Source: Octopus sinensis (taxonomy: Eukaryota). Taken from it: a stretch of 64,000 nt of DNA. This document shows, piece after piece, positions 26,220-39,739 of the stretch (position 1 is the first letter of the stretch; every line of letters begins with the position of its first letter). Location: contig NC_043000.1 of the NCBI RefSeq assembly GCF_006345805.1, positions 44,888,001 to 44,952,000 on the forward strand. Reading direction: 5' to 3'. The notes beneath the pieces were generated by a model that was given only the letters and a program-made list of their open reading frames with translations, ran no database searches and was not told where the DNA came from. A program made the position numbers and the translations under genes.

Positions 26220-27200
26220 TCTATTCTATTATCCTATTATCAGTTTCAGCCATAGGCTGTGTCCATGCTGGTGCACCACCACTAGCGTGAATGCCTGTTT
26301 GTTTTAGATTCTTTTCCTAGTTATGTATTGAGAATCAGTTCGAATGACCTGATGAGTTGGACAAACTTGCCTTATTTTGCGCTTCTTGCCGTTATGTGGG
26401 TTCAGGTAGTATATTAGATAAAAAAAAAAGAATCTAATTGCTCATTGAACGTATCCATATTTACACCCTGTAGATCACTGAGGCCTCTTCATAAGTTATT
26501 AAAAATTTGCAAGTCTTTGAACTCTGTGCTGTTAGAGTGCTGTATTCTTACTCTGGGCGGAGATGCCGGAATTTTGGTAGCATGCAGTGATCCAGGCAAC
26601 CAAACACAAATATTTTCCACAGGAGGAACATGGTTTCCTTTTCTCTTCTTTGGAATGTTCTCAGAATCCGAACAATTAGTCGCTTGCACGTTGTTGCCAT
26701 CTTAGTAAAATTCACATGGAACGATGCATCGGGATTTATGTGACTTGCGAGTTTACCCGCTAACTTTCAACTCTGGGATTGCAATAACCCTGGACCTGGA
26801 TATTCTGGTCGTTAGTTGTTTGGGGTTCGATATCGGAGTGATCGAAACTTGTCGACATTGAACTATATATTGTTTACTTTATCCCACTAGTATATTATAT
26901 ACAAATCCTTCTGTAGGTCTGATGTGTATTCATTGTCCTTGATTGTCATGCGATACCTATGTATTAAAAACATATCTATTGAGAGTAGCAGACTGCATGA
27001 CTGGAGGTTTGACCGAGAGAGCCACTTCGAACAGTAGTTCATGAGGAATTCCGCTTAATATATTTTCTCGGAGAGAACGCCAAGGGATAGGACTTCCTCA
27101 CTCTTATCTTTTAAAAGTCATGTATCCATTTCTGTAGTTTACAAACATTATTAAATTCTCGTAGTTGTTACGTATCATCTCATGAACGACTTAAACAGGT
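26220..27200 (-). mobile_element. Old copy of the CR1/L2-group LINE (RT end to 3' tail)
   Basis: DLQKDLYIIY, RILRTFQRREKETMFLLWK align with the 50-53 kb LINE. The tail ggtggtgcaccagcatggacacagcctatggctgaaac is present. Confidence 0.8.
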
Positions 27201-27605
27201 GCAGTCGTGATTGTGAAATGGGAAGCTTGATTCCCAACCACATGGTCCGGCATCTTTGGTAGGTGTCTTCAACTACAGCTTCGGACTGGCACAAAGACTT
27301 ATGCCTGGATTTGGTACATACTTATATCCGGCTGAACCTGAAAGAATCCCGTTGTATATATATATGTATGTGTGTGTGTATTATGCCTGTGTTTCTCTCA
27401 CGACCAGCACTTGACAATTGCAGCTGGTGTGTTATTCGTCTACACACCTTAGCGGTTCAGCAAAAGTAACCGATAGAATAAGTACTAGGCTTTTAAAAAT
27501 TAAGTATTGGGATCGATACATTCGACTAAAAATTCTTCGAGACGGAGCCCCAACATCGCTACAGTCTAACGACTAGAACAAGTGAAGTATAATAGATAAA
27601 AAATA
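27198..27605 (+). mobile_element. tRNA-SINE family A, diverged
   Basis: ccaaccacatggt..., ctgaaagaatcccg, ccgatagaataagtactaggc and a degenerate tail. Confidence 0.7.
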
Positions 27606-28184
27606 AAAAACACTTGAGCTGCTGTTTCAGTTCCCAGCTGTAGCAAGTGTGTCAGGCAGTTCTTTCGAGGTCACAAGACCTGCTGCTTGATAGTGAAGAA
27701 GCGATTTTGTTTTAAGATCGTGATCAGCTTCATTCTGTTATTGTATAGCTTTACTAAATGTGAGGTAAAAAAAAAGGACTGTAATTTTTAGCATCTGCAT
27801 TCTTCCCTCTTTTATGGAAATGACATTTATATATAAGCCATGAATATACAGAGCAAATGTATATAAGGAATATGGTGTGTGTGTGTGTGTGTATTGGGCG
27901 TAGCTAAGCGCTCTGATGATGTACTTTGTATTAGACAGATCCCTTTTAAGAGGTCTTGTCTATATACATCAAAACTAAGCAGAAAAAATCGCCCGGAAGT
28001 GAAACACAGATAACTGCCACTCTCATGGTTCGAGGCGCTTTCATTTCGCTAAAATGTGAATGATGCTTTGTTTCTAAATGCAATAAGTTTTAAGGGAGAT
28101 CTATCGTGGAGGAAGTACTGCATATATATATATATATATATATAGATATATAGATATATAAAATTCTTAATGCATTTGCATAGC

Positions 28185-28244
<60 letters not shown>

Positions 28245-28425
28245 GTGTGTGCGCGCGTGTGTGTATGTATGTATATATTTTGTCTATGTATGTATGTAAT
28301 TAAGAGAAATAAACTCTATTAAGCAATTCAATAGTGAAAGACATTATCCACATCATATAGAAAAAAATTAAATATACTATAATAAATATTATTCAAAAAC
28401 CACTAAATTGAATAAACATTAAATT

Positions 28426-28547
28426 GACTACGCGCGTTTCGTGACTATATCTTTAAATCGATCATAATAAAATAATAAAATCGATACTATTAAAATTGAT
28501 TCGGTTTAAAATTAATTCAATGCAAAAATATTGCCACTCTTCAGATT
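28426..28547 (-). ncRNA. Hammerhead motif in inverted pLTR
   Basis: CTGAAGA-gtggcaatat...atatagtcac-GAAA-CGCGCG-TA-gtc. Stem II 9/10 paired; stem I weakened. Confidence 0.7.
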
Positions 28548-29752
28548 TAAAATAATAATAATAAAATAAATGTATGTATCTTAACACTAAATAATCGAAT
28601 AAAATATAATTCTACTACTAATAATGTTGGTAACATTATTTCTTCTTTTAGTAGATTTAAGCTTAAAAAGTTTTACAGTAACAAATTAAATAATTATTCC
28701 AATAATAATAAAGACCAGAATATAATTAATTGTGAATGTAGAGATAAGACAAAATGCAAATTTAAAACTAAATGTAATTTGGATGGTGTAATATATTAAT
28801 GTGTAGTGAATTTGATTGATGATAATATTAAAACTAATAGTTATAATTTAAATGCGATTTACGTGGGGTCGATTTCTAATAAAATTAAATTAAGCGGGGC
28901 TCAACACATGCATTCATTGAACAATAAAGCATTGATTAATTCTATTGGCCTTAGCAAATATATATGGGAATTGAAATCTAAATCTAAAGTATAATTTGAA
29001 TTGAGAGATAGTTTGTAAAGCTAAATCCTATCGAATAGGTAATAATTTTTGTTTATTATGTACAAATGAATTTATGGAGATATTACTATCAAATAATAAA
29101 AAATTGATTAATTCCCAAATGAGCGAAAAATTACACACATAAGTGAAATTACTTATATAATAAGTTCAGCTAATTTGTGGATATATTTAAATCTGATTTA
29201 TGTTACTAATTTTTGTAGTTATAATTTGTAGTAATGTAATGAGTATAAATTAGCAGTAGATTATGTAGTGCATATTACATAACTGGAATAAGATTAAACA
29301 AAGGTATTTATAAAATAAATAAATAAATTGATGAATATAGATTAAGTTATCGAAATTTAGTTTATTTTATGTATTGTACATATTTTAGTTTTAAATTGTT
29401 GAAAATCTAGTATTTTTCTAGTAAATGGTATATTACATATAGTTTATTTTCACAGCTAAAATATATATTGTTATTTTTACAGCTAAAATAACATATTTTA
29501 TCTATTTATTGTATAGTTATTATTTACGCCATCTTTTCACGTGATAAATTTCTTAGCAACGCTAGGATCTGAGTTTAACATTTTAAAATTTCAGTTAACT
29601 GCAATTCTTCAATAAGATAAGTTAGGATTTTATTTTTCAATAATATTATTATATTTTATTCGATTATTTAGTGTTAAGATACGTATATTTCTATATCTAT
29701 TTGCTAATTCATTATATGTTTAGATACATACATTTATTTTATTATTATTTTA

Positions 29753-29874
29753 GACCTGAAGAATGGCTATATTTTTTAATCGAATTAATTTTAAATCGTG
29801 TTAATTTTAATAGTATCGATATTATTCTTTTATTATTATTAATTTAAAGATATAGTCACGAAACGCCCGTAGTC
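29753..29874 (+). ncRNA. Hammerhead motif in 3' pLTR
   Basis: gac-CTGAAGA-a-tggctatat...atatagtca-c-GAAA-CGCCCG-TA-gtc. Confidence 0.7.
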
Positions 29875-30344
29875 GATTTATTGTTTATTTAATTTAGTGA
29901 TTTTTGGGAATAATATTTATTATAGCATATTCAATTTTTTCCTATAAGGTGTGGATAATGTCTTTCATTATTGAATTACTTAATATAGGTTATTTCCCTT
30001 AATTATATACATATATCACATATTGTGAAATTTGATTTAGAATTGCTAAATTGAATTTTTTCCTGTAAGTTTGGAATTATATTCCCTACTATATATATAC
30101 ATGTGTGTGTGTGTGTATTTATATACATTTTTATACGTATGTACATGTATGTAAATATTTATACTTATATACATATCACACACACACATATATATATAGT
30201 ATATATATATATATGCATGTATCTGTATGCGTGCATTTATTTTAGGTATAGTCACAATATTTGAAGAAAGATTTTCTTCAATTAAGTACCATTAATTATA
30301 TGAAAATATTCTTTAAAACAACGACAGAAGACATCGCTCTTATC

Positions 30345-30600
30345 TTTCTTTTGTTTCAGTCATTCAACTGAGACCATACTGGGACACCAGTTTCAAGAAT
30401 TTTGGGTCGAATGAATCAACCCCAGTATTTATTTTCTTACGCCTCGTTGTACATTTTATCAGTATTTTTTGTGAAACCGCTAAGCAACGGGTACGCAATC
30501 ATAACGACACCTACTTTAATGGCTGATATGAGACAAACAGATACAGAGACACATACACATATACGACGGACTTAATTGAATTTCCGTTTGTGTGTGTGTG
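30345..30600 (-). mobile_element. tRNA-SINE family A fragment
   Basis: ttgtttcagtcatt...aaccgctaag...tacgacggac, matching the reverse complement of the family A 3' half. Confidence 0.6.
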
Positions 30601-33492
30601 TGTATGTGTGTGTGAGAGAGAGAGAGAGAGAGAAAGAGAGAGCGTGTTTGTGTGTATTCATATATACATACAAAAAGAAACATTATTAAAGCGAATCTTT
30701 TAAGGAAGCAACAGATCACTTGTTGGTAGTATTTTTGTTACTTTCTCAAAATTACGAATGGCAACAAATCAGGAAAGACATCTACCGAAGACATTGTCAT
30801 ATGAGATCAACATTTCATGATAATCAACAACGTTCAGAAAGCGAAAATGCATGCTTGTGTGTCCACAAAATTGCCCGTACAAAAATATAATTAGATTTTC
30901 ATTTGGAAATTTATAACGTGCAATAAACGAGTCCTTGCTTCCCACAAAATTACATATAAACATTCAGTTGTTTTCAAGTGGGGATTCAGAAATCTTTTAA
31001 TATCGAAAGGCACAACAGGAAAAATATATTGTATAAAAGCTTGGTCGATAAAATATCTGCCCACATTCAAGATGTTAATAGTTTACATCTTAACCTCTAA
31101 TACTGTGTAAAATTTATGGTCCAGGCACTTATATTTTCAATGCCTCACTCAATTTAAATGCATAGAGTTTTTCTCAAGATGTTTAAGGTTCCCTGAAGTA
31201 AACAGCAAGAACATAGAACAATCGGAGTATTTTGTTTTCTTGGATTATTTTATTCAAATGGTGCTATAATTTATACATACACAACAGAAACTTCATCAAA
31301 TTTTTCTATTGAATCCAAGGACGAATTTTCTTTTCGCCTGTGTAATATGCTTAATTTAACAGACTGCTGGTGAAAATGACTTCTATGCATCTCCATGTTT
31401 ATTGTTACCTAAAATACTAATCAAGCAGAGGGCGCCTCTAAGAAAAATCTCAACCAGCGATTTCAAATCACAGTTTACTATTTTAAAAGAACCAAAAATC
31501 TGTATACCGTTTGATGATGCAGCCTTAGATACACTACGTTAGAAAAAGGATGAGCGGCCATTGCTGGAAAACTTATTATCATGGTAACTATAACAACTGC
31601 AACATCATATGCTTCAGTAGCTTTTCATCTAAACAACACTACCAATTTATCATAAACTTAGCTAAGAACTTTACTTACTTTGCTAGCTCTCAAGGTACCG
31701 GCATATATATATAAGTTGTATAATACAGATGTCACTGAAATGTCATGGGAATTTCACTTTCCTATAGCTCTTGATTAATTTAGTGCAAGTTGTAGTCAGT
31801 GGATGATGATGATGATGATGATGATGATGGTGGTTGTTGTTGTGGTGGTGGTGGTGATGTGAAGAACATTGGTTGCATGACATGGCAATTTGTCTTTATC
31901 TAGATTCTGCTCAGAGAAATAAGAAATTATTTACAAAGAACCACTCTATATTCTGAAAATATGGAAGCTTTAAAATTACAGTAATTGCTAAATGAAATGT
32001 GTTAGAGACCTTCATTTCTGTTAACATCCGCCACATTCGGGTTTAGCAAATTTTAGCAATGCAATAGGGAAAGCATAAATATATAAACTTCACTTTCCAA
32101 ACCACAAGCACCAATACCATTACCAATCAATTCTCAAGACAAGACACGATGTGCAAAAGAATGCTTTAGTAAGTTTTAAGACAAGTATGATAACAGCTAG
32201 TGTACACGTGTCAATATGTATTTAAAGATAGGTGATCGATGATATCACGAAATAAAATACTTTGAGGAATTTAGTAATCACTTTATATTTTAGGCAAATT
32301 ATGTGGCCATGTGCTAAAGTTAGATATTAATATACACTCGAGTATGGCTATAGGTATACAGTTAGAACAGTATTGGTTGAAAAGTAGAATATGCACATAA
32401 CTAAATATTACTATTCATGCATACATACATACATACATACATACATACATACATACATACATACATACGTATGTGTGTATGTATTCAAAGAAACTAAGAA
32501 ACTAAGGGTTTCCAATAAGCAGAAATGGTAGAAAAATAACAAACTAGGAGTGGTGCCGTATTTAGTTTCCTCCAGCTGAATTTTTAGGTAGTAATCGTGC
32601 TTCAGTTACTTCTGCTTAAACTTTATACAAGACTAATAAAATAAGTAGCAGTGACATTTTAATGAAACTACTTTGCTTCCAATTTAAATTCTATGCTTGC
32701 TAAAATCTCAAATGTAAAACTTAAATATATCTGAATTTTTAAATCGTTATGCTGCAGGTCGGTGGGTTCGTTACTCTAATCCATATTTATGCCAGCTCGT
32801 TCCCAGATTCATTCCCCTATAGAAATGTATCCTAATCTATTGGAAATTCTGTGTTAAATTCTGTTTTTTTCTTACTCTGTCATGAGAGCTATACTTAAAT
32901 CATGTTACATTTCACTTCTGATCTTATAGCCAATCATTCATGTCAAAATGTCGTATTAATACTGGTTTGTTTCAGATATATAAGGAGAATGTTTGACTGT
33001 TAGGTGTGTTATTTATACTTGTTTTATTTGCGTAAAAACACATTGGACCCTGGGAGAACTGGACTAGTAAATCTAAATACTGTAAAACAAGCTGGCATCT
33101 TTTTTAGCATTCTGTCCTGGATTTTATTTCTGTGAAATAGTTTAAAACAAGGCATATGATATGAAGAGTAATTTTATAAACTTTTCCTCGGCATACTAGT
33201 AGTGTATACTGGATGTAGGTGCATGAAATCAAGTTAAAAATTAAATATGTCCGATTTGAACTCACAACATAATAAATGAATAAAGAATTACAAGATCTTT
33301 ATTTGAGCATTCTATTGATTCTGGACCCCGCCCTGCCTTGATGATAGTGATGATGATGACCTCAACGACGACGACAATGATCATAATCAGCATAACATGA
33401 CGAAAACTAAATACTGCCTAAAATACTACATTTAGTAGTGCAAGGAAATTATGCAATATAAATAAGACTACTCAAATATATTAATAAATGGT

Positions 33493-33741
33493 AGGGCGGC
33501 GAGCTGGCAGAAGGGCGGCGAGCTGGCAGAAACGTTAGCACGCCGGGCGAAATGCTTAGCCGTATTTCGTCTGCCGTTAAGTGTTCTGGGTTCAAAATCC
33601 GCCGAGGTCGACTTTGCCTTTCATCCTTTCGGGGTCGATAAATTAAGTACCAGTTACGCACTGGGGTCGATGTAATCGACTTAATCCCTTTGTCTGTCCT
33701 TGTTCGTCCCTTCTATGTTTAGCCCCTTGTGGGCAGTAAAG
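33493..33741 (+). mobile_element. tRNA-SINE family B, full length, with 19-bp TSD
   Basis: Head ggcggcgagctggcagaa (duplicated in tandem), B-box-like gggttcaaaatcc. The sequence aaatatattaataaatggt flanks both sides (33474-33492, 33742-33760). Confidence 0.9.
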
Positions 33742-34277
33742 AAATATATTAATAAATGGTGTGATTTTAACTGAACCAATTTCCAGGCGCAAACAATGAG
33801 TGACAAACAATTAAATAGTAATAGAAAACGTTGTCATTAAATGCAGACGATGCGGTCGGTAAAAGGTGACAGTTTACCATCTCATCTGAAGCTGTCCAGT
33901 CCTTGCTTGGTCCAAGTATATTCACAGACAGGATCAATTTAGTAGCTGTGCATATTTAGCAGTACACCGACATTTTAATATAAAATGCAGACAACAAGCA
34001 ATGTAAATGTGTACCAAACATGTTACTTAATACCAACATGGCTACTATCTTCGGGGATACACCGAAGTATCAAAATTTACAGGCAAATCAAAATATCTAT
34101 TCGGATATCATAATCAATGCCTCATCGACATTTTAATCTCTTCTGACCAAGTCAGAGTGCGATAGGAAGAGGAAAATCTAGGACAAGTACAAACATCTTG
34201 GAATTAAAATGTTCTAGATTAAAGAGGAGGTATTAAAGCAAAAATAGTTATCAGTAATAACTTGAGTTAAAGGGTTA

Positions 34278-34407
34278 GGCGGTGAACTGGCTGAATCGTT
34301 AGCACTCCGGGCAAAATGCTCGGCTGCATTTCGTCCATCTTTAGATTCTAAGTTCAAATTCCGCCAAGGTCAACTTTGCCTTTCATCCTTTCAAGGGTCA
34401 ATGAAAT
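34278..34407 (+). mobile_element. tRNA-SINE family B, 5' part
   Basis: ggcggtgaactggctgaatcgttagcac...gtcaactttgcctttcatcctttc. More decayed fragments at ~15330-15440, ~20040-20150 and ~57300-57440 (minus). Confidence 0.75.
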
Positions 34408-34642
34408 ATGATAATAATAATAATAATAATAATAATAACTTCTATGTAATCTCAAGTTTTAAAACAAATATAATTTTCGTTTTTTTGGGGAGGGGGGCAT
34501 TCACTAGTACAACACTAAATACAATACCAAATATATGGCACACTAGGAATAACAACAATACGAACTTCCAACCTGTTGTCTCTTGAGGTCTCTGGGTGAG
34601 ACTTGGAGCCAACTTGTACAAATATAAGGCAAAAGTCAAACA

Positions 34643-34725
<83 letters not shown>

Positions 34726-34726
34726 C

Positions 34727-35060
34727 GAAAAGCTTTCTCACTATAAAGATCTCCAAACTGAAATCACAAAAATGTGGAAGCTTAGTACTACAACAACAGC
34801 AATAGTAATTGGTACGTTGGGAATGATAATGAAGGGGGCTGAGAAGTATATTAAGAAACTCCTTGGTAACTCCTATCTCCGTAAACTACAAAAGATAACC
34901 TTGATGGGTACAGACATTATACTCCGGAAAGCACTTTTCATCTAAAATGGAATAAATGTGATGATAATTTTAGCATGCATAGCAAAATGAAGTGCCCTTG
35001 CTACACTAGACCTCCGGCGAATACCCGGTACTAAGGCAGCTGAAATAAAGTAATAATGAA
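34727..35060 (+). mobile_element. R4/Dong-type LINE 3' fragment following (AAT)n
   Basis: EKLSHYKDLQTEITKMWKL...IVIGTLGMI...ILRKALFI* is homologous to the 21444-22403 C-terminus. It follows the pure (AAT)n array at 34635-34724. Confidence 0.8.
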
Positions 35061-35900
35061 AGGAAATAACAGCAACAAGATGATGATGATGATGATGATG
35101 AAGGGAGAGAGTGAATTCTGCGCATCAAGCCATACAAATACATTCTGCAAGCACTTTTCTTAGCTTGAAAAAGTTTGTAGAAGCCAACAAGGAAGCTTCA
35201 GCGTGGAAACTAAGCATGCTAAGGATAGCAGTTACATCTTCCTTAAATTAGTCTATTCAATTTTTTTAACCAAAAATGACAATGACGTAGTTCTAAAAAT
35301 ATTATATTGGAAAGCTTTTGGTTTCACCATAAACAGGTTCGCAATCTCAAATCATAGACGAGATTTATCAGGCTAATTAAGGATCAGAAAAATAAACATC
35401 TACAATGGGCAATGCATTTAGCATGATCTCCCCCTTTTCTGCCACTTTCCCGTCACTACTACTGTTACAGATAATAAAAAGTCAGAAAATATGTTGAAAA
35501 TGTTTTACAATAGCAAAACATTGTTATGCCTCCGGGAAAATAATCAGGATAATAAATTCCCATTTCCATTTGCTTTATTCATAACCGATGATAAATGTCT
35601 ATATGTATAAATAATTATACAGAAACACACCTTAAGCACATGCATATGTGCATACATCATGCATGCATATATCAATACATATATATATACACACACGCAT
35701 GTATGCGTATGTAACAGTGTGAATGTAGCGTTCCTTTTGTAAACAGGTTGCTTACGATCCTCTTCTTTTCTATACTCTACAGCACCTTCAGCATGTGTCT
35801 TCTAATTTCGTTTTAGGACAGCCAATGCCTTGTGAGTGAAACTGACTGATTTAAACTGCATGGAGGCCCATTAATATATACATATATGTATGCGTGATTG

Positions 35901-35968
<68 letters not shown>

Positions 35969-36366
35969 GTATTGATATGCACACAAACACACATATATTT
36001 GTCACTAAATGTGACTAGGGTGTTAAAAATACCTACATTGCTAGAAGTAAGAACTAAAATGCTCCACTACTGTAGTCCTACATAATTGTATGTATATACA
36101 CTGACGGGGATTATATGTGCTTTCACTACAGCATTAGAATATTTAAGCTCTTATTTCTAGCAGCATAGGTGTTTCTTAAATCCTAGTCACATTAATGACA
36201 CTTATATTACAGTATTAATATGCTTACGATAAAGTGTTAGGTTGCGCACAGTGTAATATAGATTATTGCATGAGGAAGGAGCTGGAATTACGTCATCAAC
36301 TTCAATAGCTTACAACAGTTTCAGCTATCAGAAGGAATGTATTCATTATTCTGTGTCTCTGCTGTG

Positions 36367-36398
<32 letters not shown>

Positions 36399-36403
36399 TG
36401 TGT

Positions 36404-36450
<47 letters not shown>

Positions 36451-36459
36451 GAAATGGTG

Positions 36460-37140
36460 CCTATTCCAGACAGGCAGCCATACTTACTAACAATGCCGAC
36501 AACACAAATGAAGTATTAGCACTCAAAGAAGCTCTCTCTGATGCTAATCTTCTACAAGACATCCCAGATGCCATATAAATGGGTTGAAACAAGTCCTTCG
36601 CTATCTGCTAGCTAGTGTTCACATACCATAAAACGATGCTTTGTACGAAAAGAAATTACCACCTTCGACTCAAGTACATTGCGTGACCTGGAGATTGATA
36701 TGAGCATATATATCACCACGATGTTGGCAATATGCAGGCGAATGGTTAGATCGATTCGAAGTACCTTCAGAACAAGCACCAAGAAATTATGCTAGTCCTG
36801 TGGAGAACATTTATACTCAACCGTCTTGACGACTGCTCTCGCTTGTAAACACCCAACAGTATCAAATCAATAGGAGACCTTTAGGGAGTCAGCAGTGCTA
36901 TTGCAAGAAAATTGCATCAGCGAACAGCTGAGCTTGGGAGAGAATGAGAGAGCTATGACTCTACTCCCTGGAGAGGACAGCAGAGGTAAACAGTGATATG
37001 CGTATGGACGATTCTGGATGGATTGGAGCCAACCTTTGGCATTGAAAGCTATACCAGCCCCCGTATTTGACGTCACCACACTGTTCCAAAGGTTCCAGCT
37101 ATCACTTGTTGCTGTAGAGAAGTTATATCACTGCCAACAT
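36460..37140 (+). mobile_element. Old copy of the CR1/L2-group LINE (RT end and C-terminus)
   Basis: NADNT (decayed YADDT), RDLEIDMS, EIMLVLWRTFIL, YSLER; many stops. Confidence 0.75.
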
Positions 37141-37699
37141 TTTAGACATTTCGAAATAGATGGTGATCGAGTGATCAGAAGTGATGAGCTCTCTTTGTAG
37201 ATTCTGAAGGTACGAGGCGAGAAGAAATAAATGAAACAGTACATGGGTGTGAGTGAGTGGAGTTTTCAAGTGTATATGGACGAGTAAGAGTTGACAGTGA
37301 TGCTTCTGCAAACATTCTCAATAGCAGTTAAAGGAATCTTACTAAATGCCATTTAAATATTCAATTTCTTAAAATTTATTTATCATATGACTGTTTGTTT
37401 ATGAAAGACTGTTTGTTTATGAAACCTGATAAATTTCTTGCTATATAGGTACTATTACATACAAAATTAGTTTACGGAACATTATCATGTATATTTAAGA
37501 ATAAAAGAAAATACTTAGCACCTCGCTCGCTAAATTTATTTGGGACCACAAGACGAAGATTATTTCTCCATATGGTAGTCATTTATACGTACTGCCCGTC
37601 CGAACGAAGACGAGGGATGGTTGCAATTTATGTTCTTTGGAGGCGCTTGAAATATTTAAATATAAGTATAATCTAATTAACCAACATAATGAATTATTG

Positions 37700-38950
37700 A
37701 TCCGGTGTTCCCACTAACTCATTTATGAAAAAACGCGATTACCTTAATTTAATGAAATAAATAATGTTTCTCCTGTTAACTTTAACTTTATCACTGTTGA
37801 ATCTAAGTAATATCCTTCATGTCTCGAAACACCATAATTTAATAATTTCGTACGTAACTAATCAATATATTTACTTCAACTGTAAGTGATTTAAACCATT
37901 CTCATCGTACTTATCAACTATTTTCTCTATATTTATTCTAGTAATACTGTTATATTTTATCTTGGTAATTTTCTTCATACTTATCATCCTCCTATTGAAG
38001 GCACCAGTATAGGATTATATAGTAGTAAACTAGAGAGTCTTTGAACAGCTTTTCTTCTATATCTTACATCTATATCTTACAATATATATAAAATTAATGA
38101 ATCTTTTCAGGATTATCATACTTTTTATGGCCCTGGATATTTACAGTATACTCAACGCTTGAGAACTTTAAAAATCTCTTTCTATAGTCTCCTTACCAGA
38201 GATAATTTCTCATAACGTGGCATCCTGATGTCTATATTTAATTTATTTCTCTTCTTATATTCAACAAATTTACCACTGCTATGACAACTTGCATTTAGGT
38301 CGATAATACGCATATATATTTGTTTGAAGAAATATTCAGCGAATTTCCATTTAATATCGCATGGATTTACACAACTTAAAAGTATAGCAAATCATAGTGA
38401 TTAATGTAAAAAATTCTATGTCTCTGGAAACTATCGCCACACATACAAAAATGGAATGCGTCACCAATTTGCTATATTTCTTAAGCACCCTACGGTAATG
38501 TTTTGGAACATTTACTTGAGTTTACTTCGTTAGCATAGGTACTGCCCTTTGATAATCATGTTAGCCAGTTTCCTAATTTGTTTTTTAGTAACTTTTCCCT
38601 TAAATTTCAAAACATCTTGACCTTCACCCCTTAAATTGAATCTACCCAGAAAAAATTGTAGTATTCTCTAGACCATTACTAGTTCACTCTTTTATCTACG
38701 GAGCTCGTAGCCCCAAATTGATAGATTATAAGCTTTTAATATATTGGGCTTCTAGACTTCTTTTCTAGGCCATGTTTACTTTCCTATTTCTTCTTCCCTT
38801 TGTTTATATTGCATACTCTTGTTTTCACTCTGATGAAACTCCGTGTCTTAAACCGAATGTCTTAAACCGAAGATGAGGAATTTCATTTTCGCAATTATTT
38901 ATAGACAGCGCTTGGTAACGGATGTGGAAACGGCCGTAAGACTTGTTACG
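37700..38950 (+). mobile_element. Highly decayed PLE relic ending in an HHR motif
   Basis: Faint RT-like (PIEGTSIG) and GIY-YIG-like (CKKFYVSG, ISKHLD) peptides upstream of the terminal HHR. Confidence 0.4.
38828..38940 (+). ncRNA. Hammerhead motif, degenerate stems
   Basis: ct-CTGATGA-aactccgt...acggatgtg-GAAA-CGGCCG-TA-ag. Confidence 0.55.
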
Positions 38951-39065
38951 TACCTAAAGTCATGCTTTGAGTATAAAATAATTAGCTATAAATGTGGTAT
39001 AATCGATGTGTTTGTTAATCTGAGGTTTTCTCCATTTTTTTTTATTATATAAATATATATATAAT

Positions 39066-39478
39066 CTTTGACTTGTTTCAGTCATTAGACAGCGGCTGGA
39101 GCACCACTATGAATTTTTAGTCGAATGGATCGAACTCAGTGCTTTTTTCTATTTTGGAAAGGTTGATAATATTACGATATCCGTATCTTTTGCTAAGCAA
39201 TTATCTTTCGGAGACTTAAACACTCGACACCGGTTGTCAAGTAGTGTAGAAACAAATATATACACAACGACACACACACATACGACGGACCTTTTTCGGT
39301 TTCTAAACAAATATATATACAACGACACACACACATACGACGGACCTTTTTCAGTTTCTATCTACCAAGTTTACTAAAAGGATTTGGTCGGTAAGATAAT
39401 ACAGTAGAGACACTTGTCCAAGGTACGAAAGGGTGGAACTCAACTTGGAACCATATAAACTGGAAGCCATACATGCAC
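39066..39478 (-). mobile_element. tRNA-SINE family A with internal ~55-bp duplication
   Basis: Family A tail and body; aaacaaatatat...tacgacggacctttttc repeated at ~39250 and ~39305. Confidence 0.7.
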
Positions 39479-39680
39479 ATAAAAACATATAAATCCATAT
39501 ATATATATATATATATATATAGTTAGATACACACACACACATATATACAGACTTGCATTATGTTCAGACATGCCTGCATACATTGCTATATGTTTATGCT
39601 AATATATAGATGTGTATGTATATATATATGTATATATATGTTTATATATATGTATATATATGTTTATATATATATATATG

Positions 39681-39739
<59 letters not shown>

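Larger units (their letters stand above)
28296..30005 (+). mobile_element. 5'-truncated PLE (same group as 2477-4943) with inverted pseudo-LTRs
   Basis: Left arm 28296-28610 is the inverted copy of 29648-30005. The body encodes CECRDKTKCKFKTKC...IYVGSISNKIK...LSKYIWELK...CLLC with stops. Confidence 0.85.

Noticed and set aside
30770-31620. Decayed receptor-like pseudogene (LISILGN; SLDSIEKFDEVS)
   Set aside because: The fragments hint at different families (GPCR versus Cys-loop channel), lie in different frames and are surrounded by stops. A tBLASTx search would be needed.
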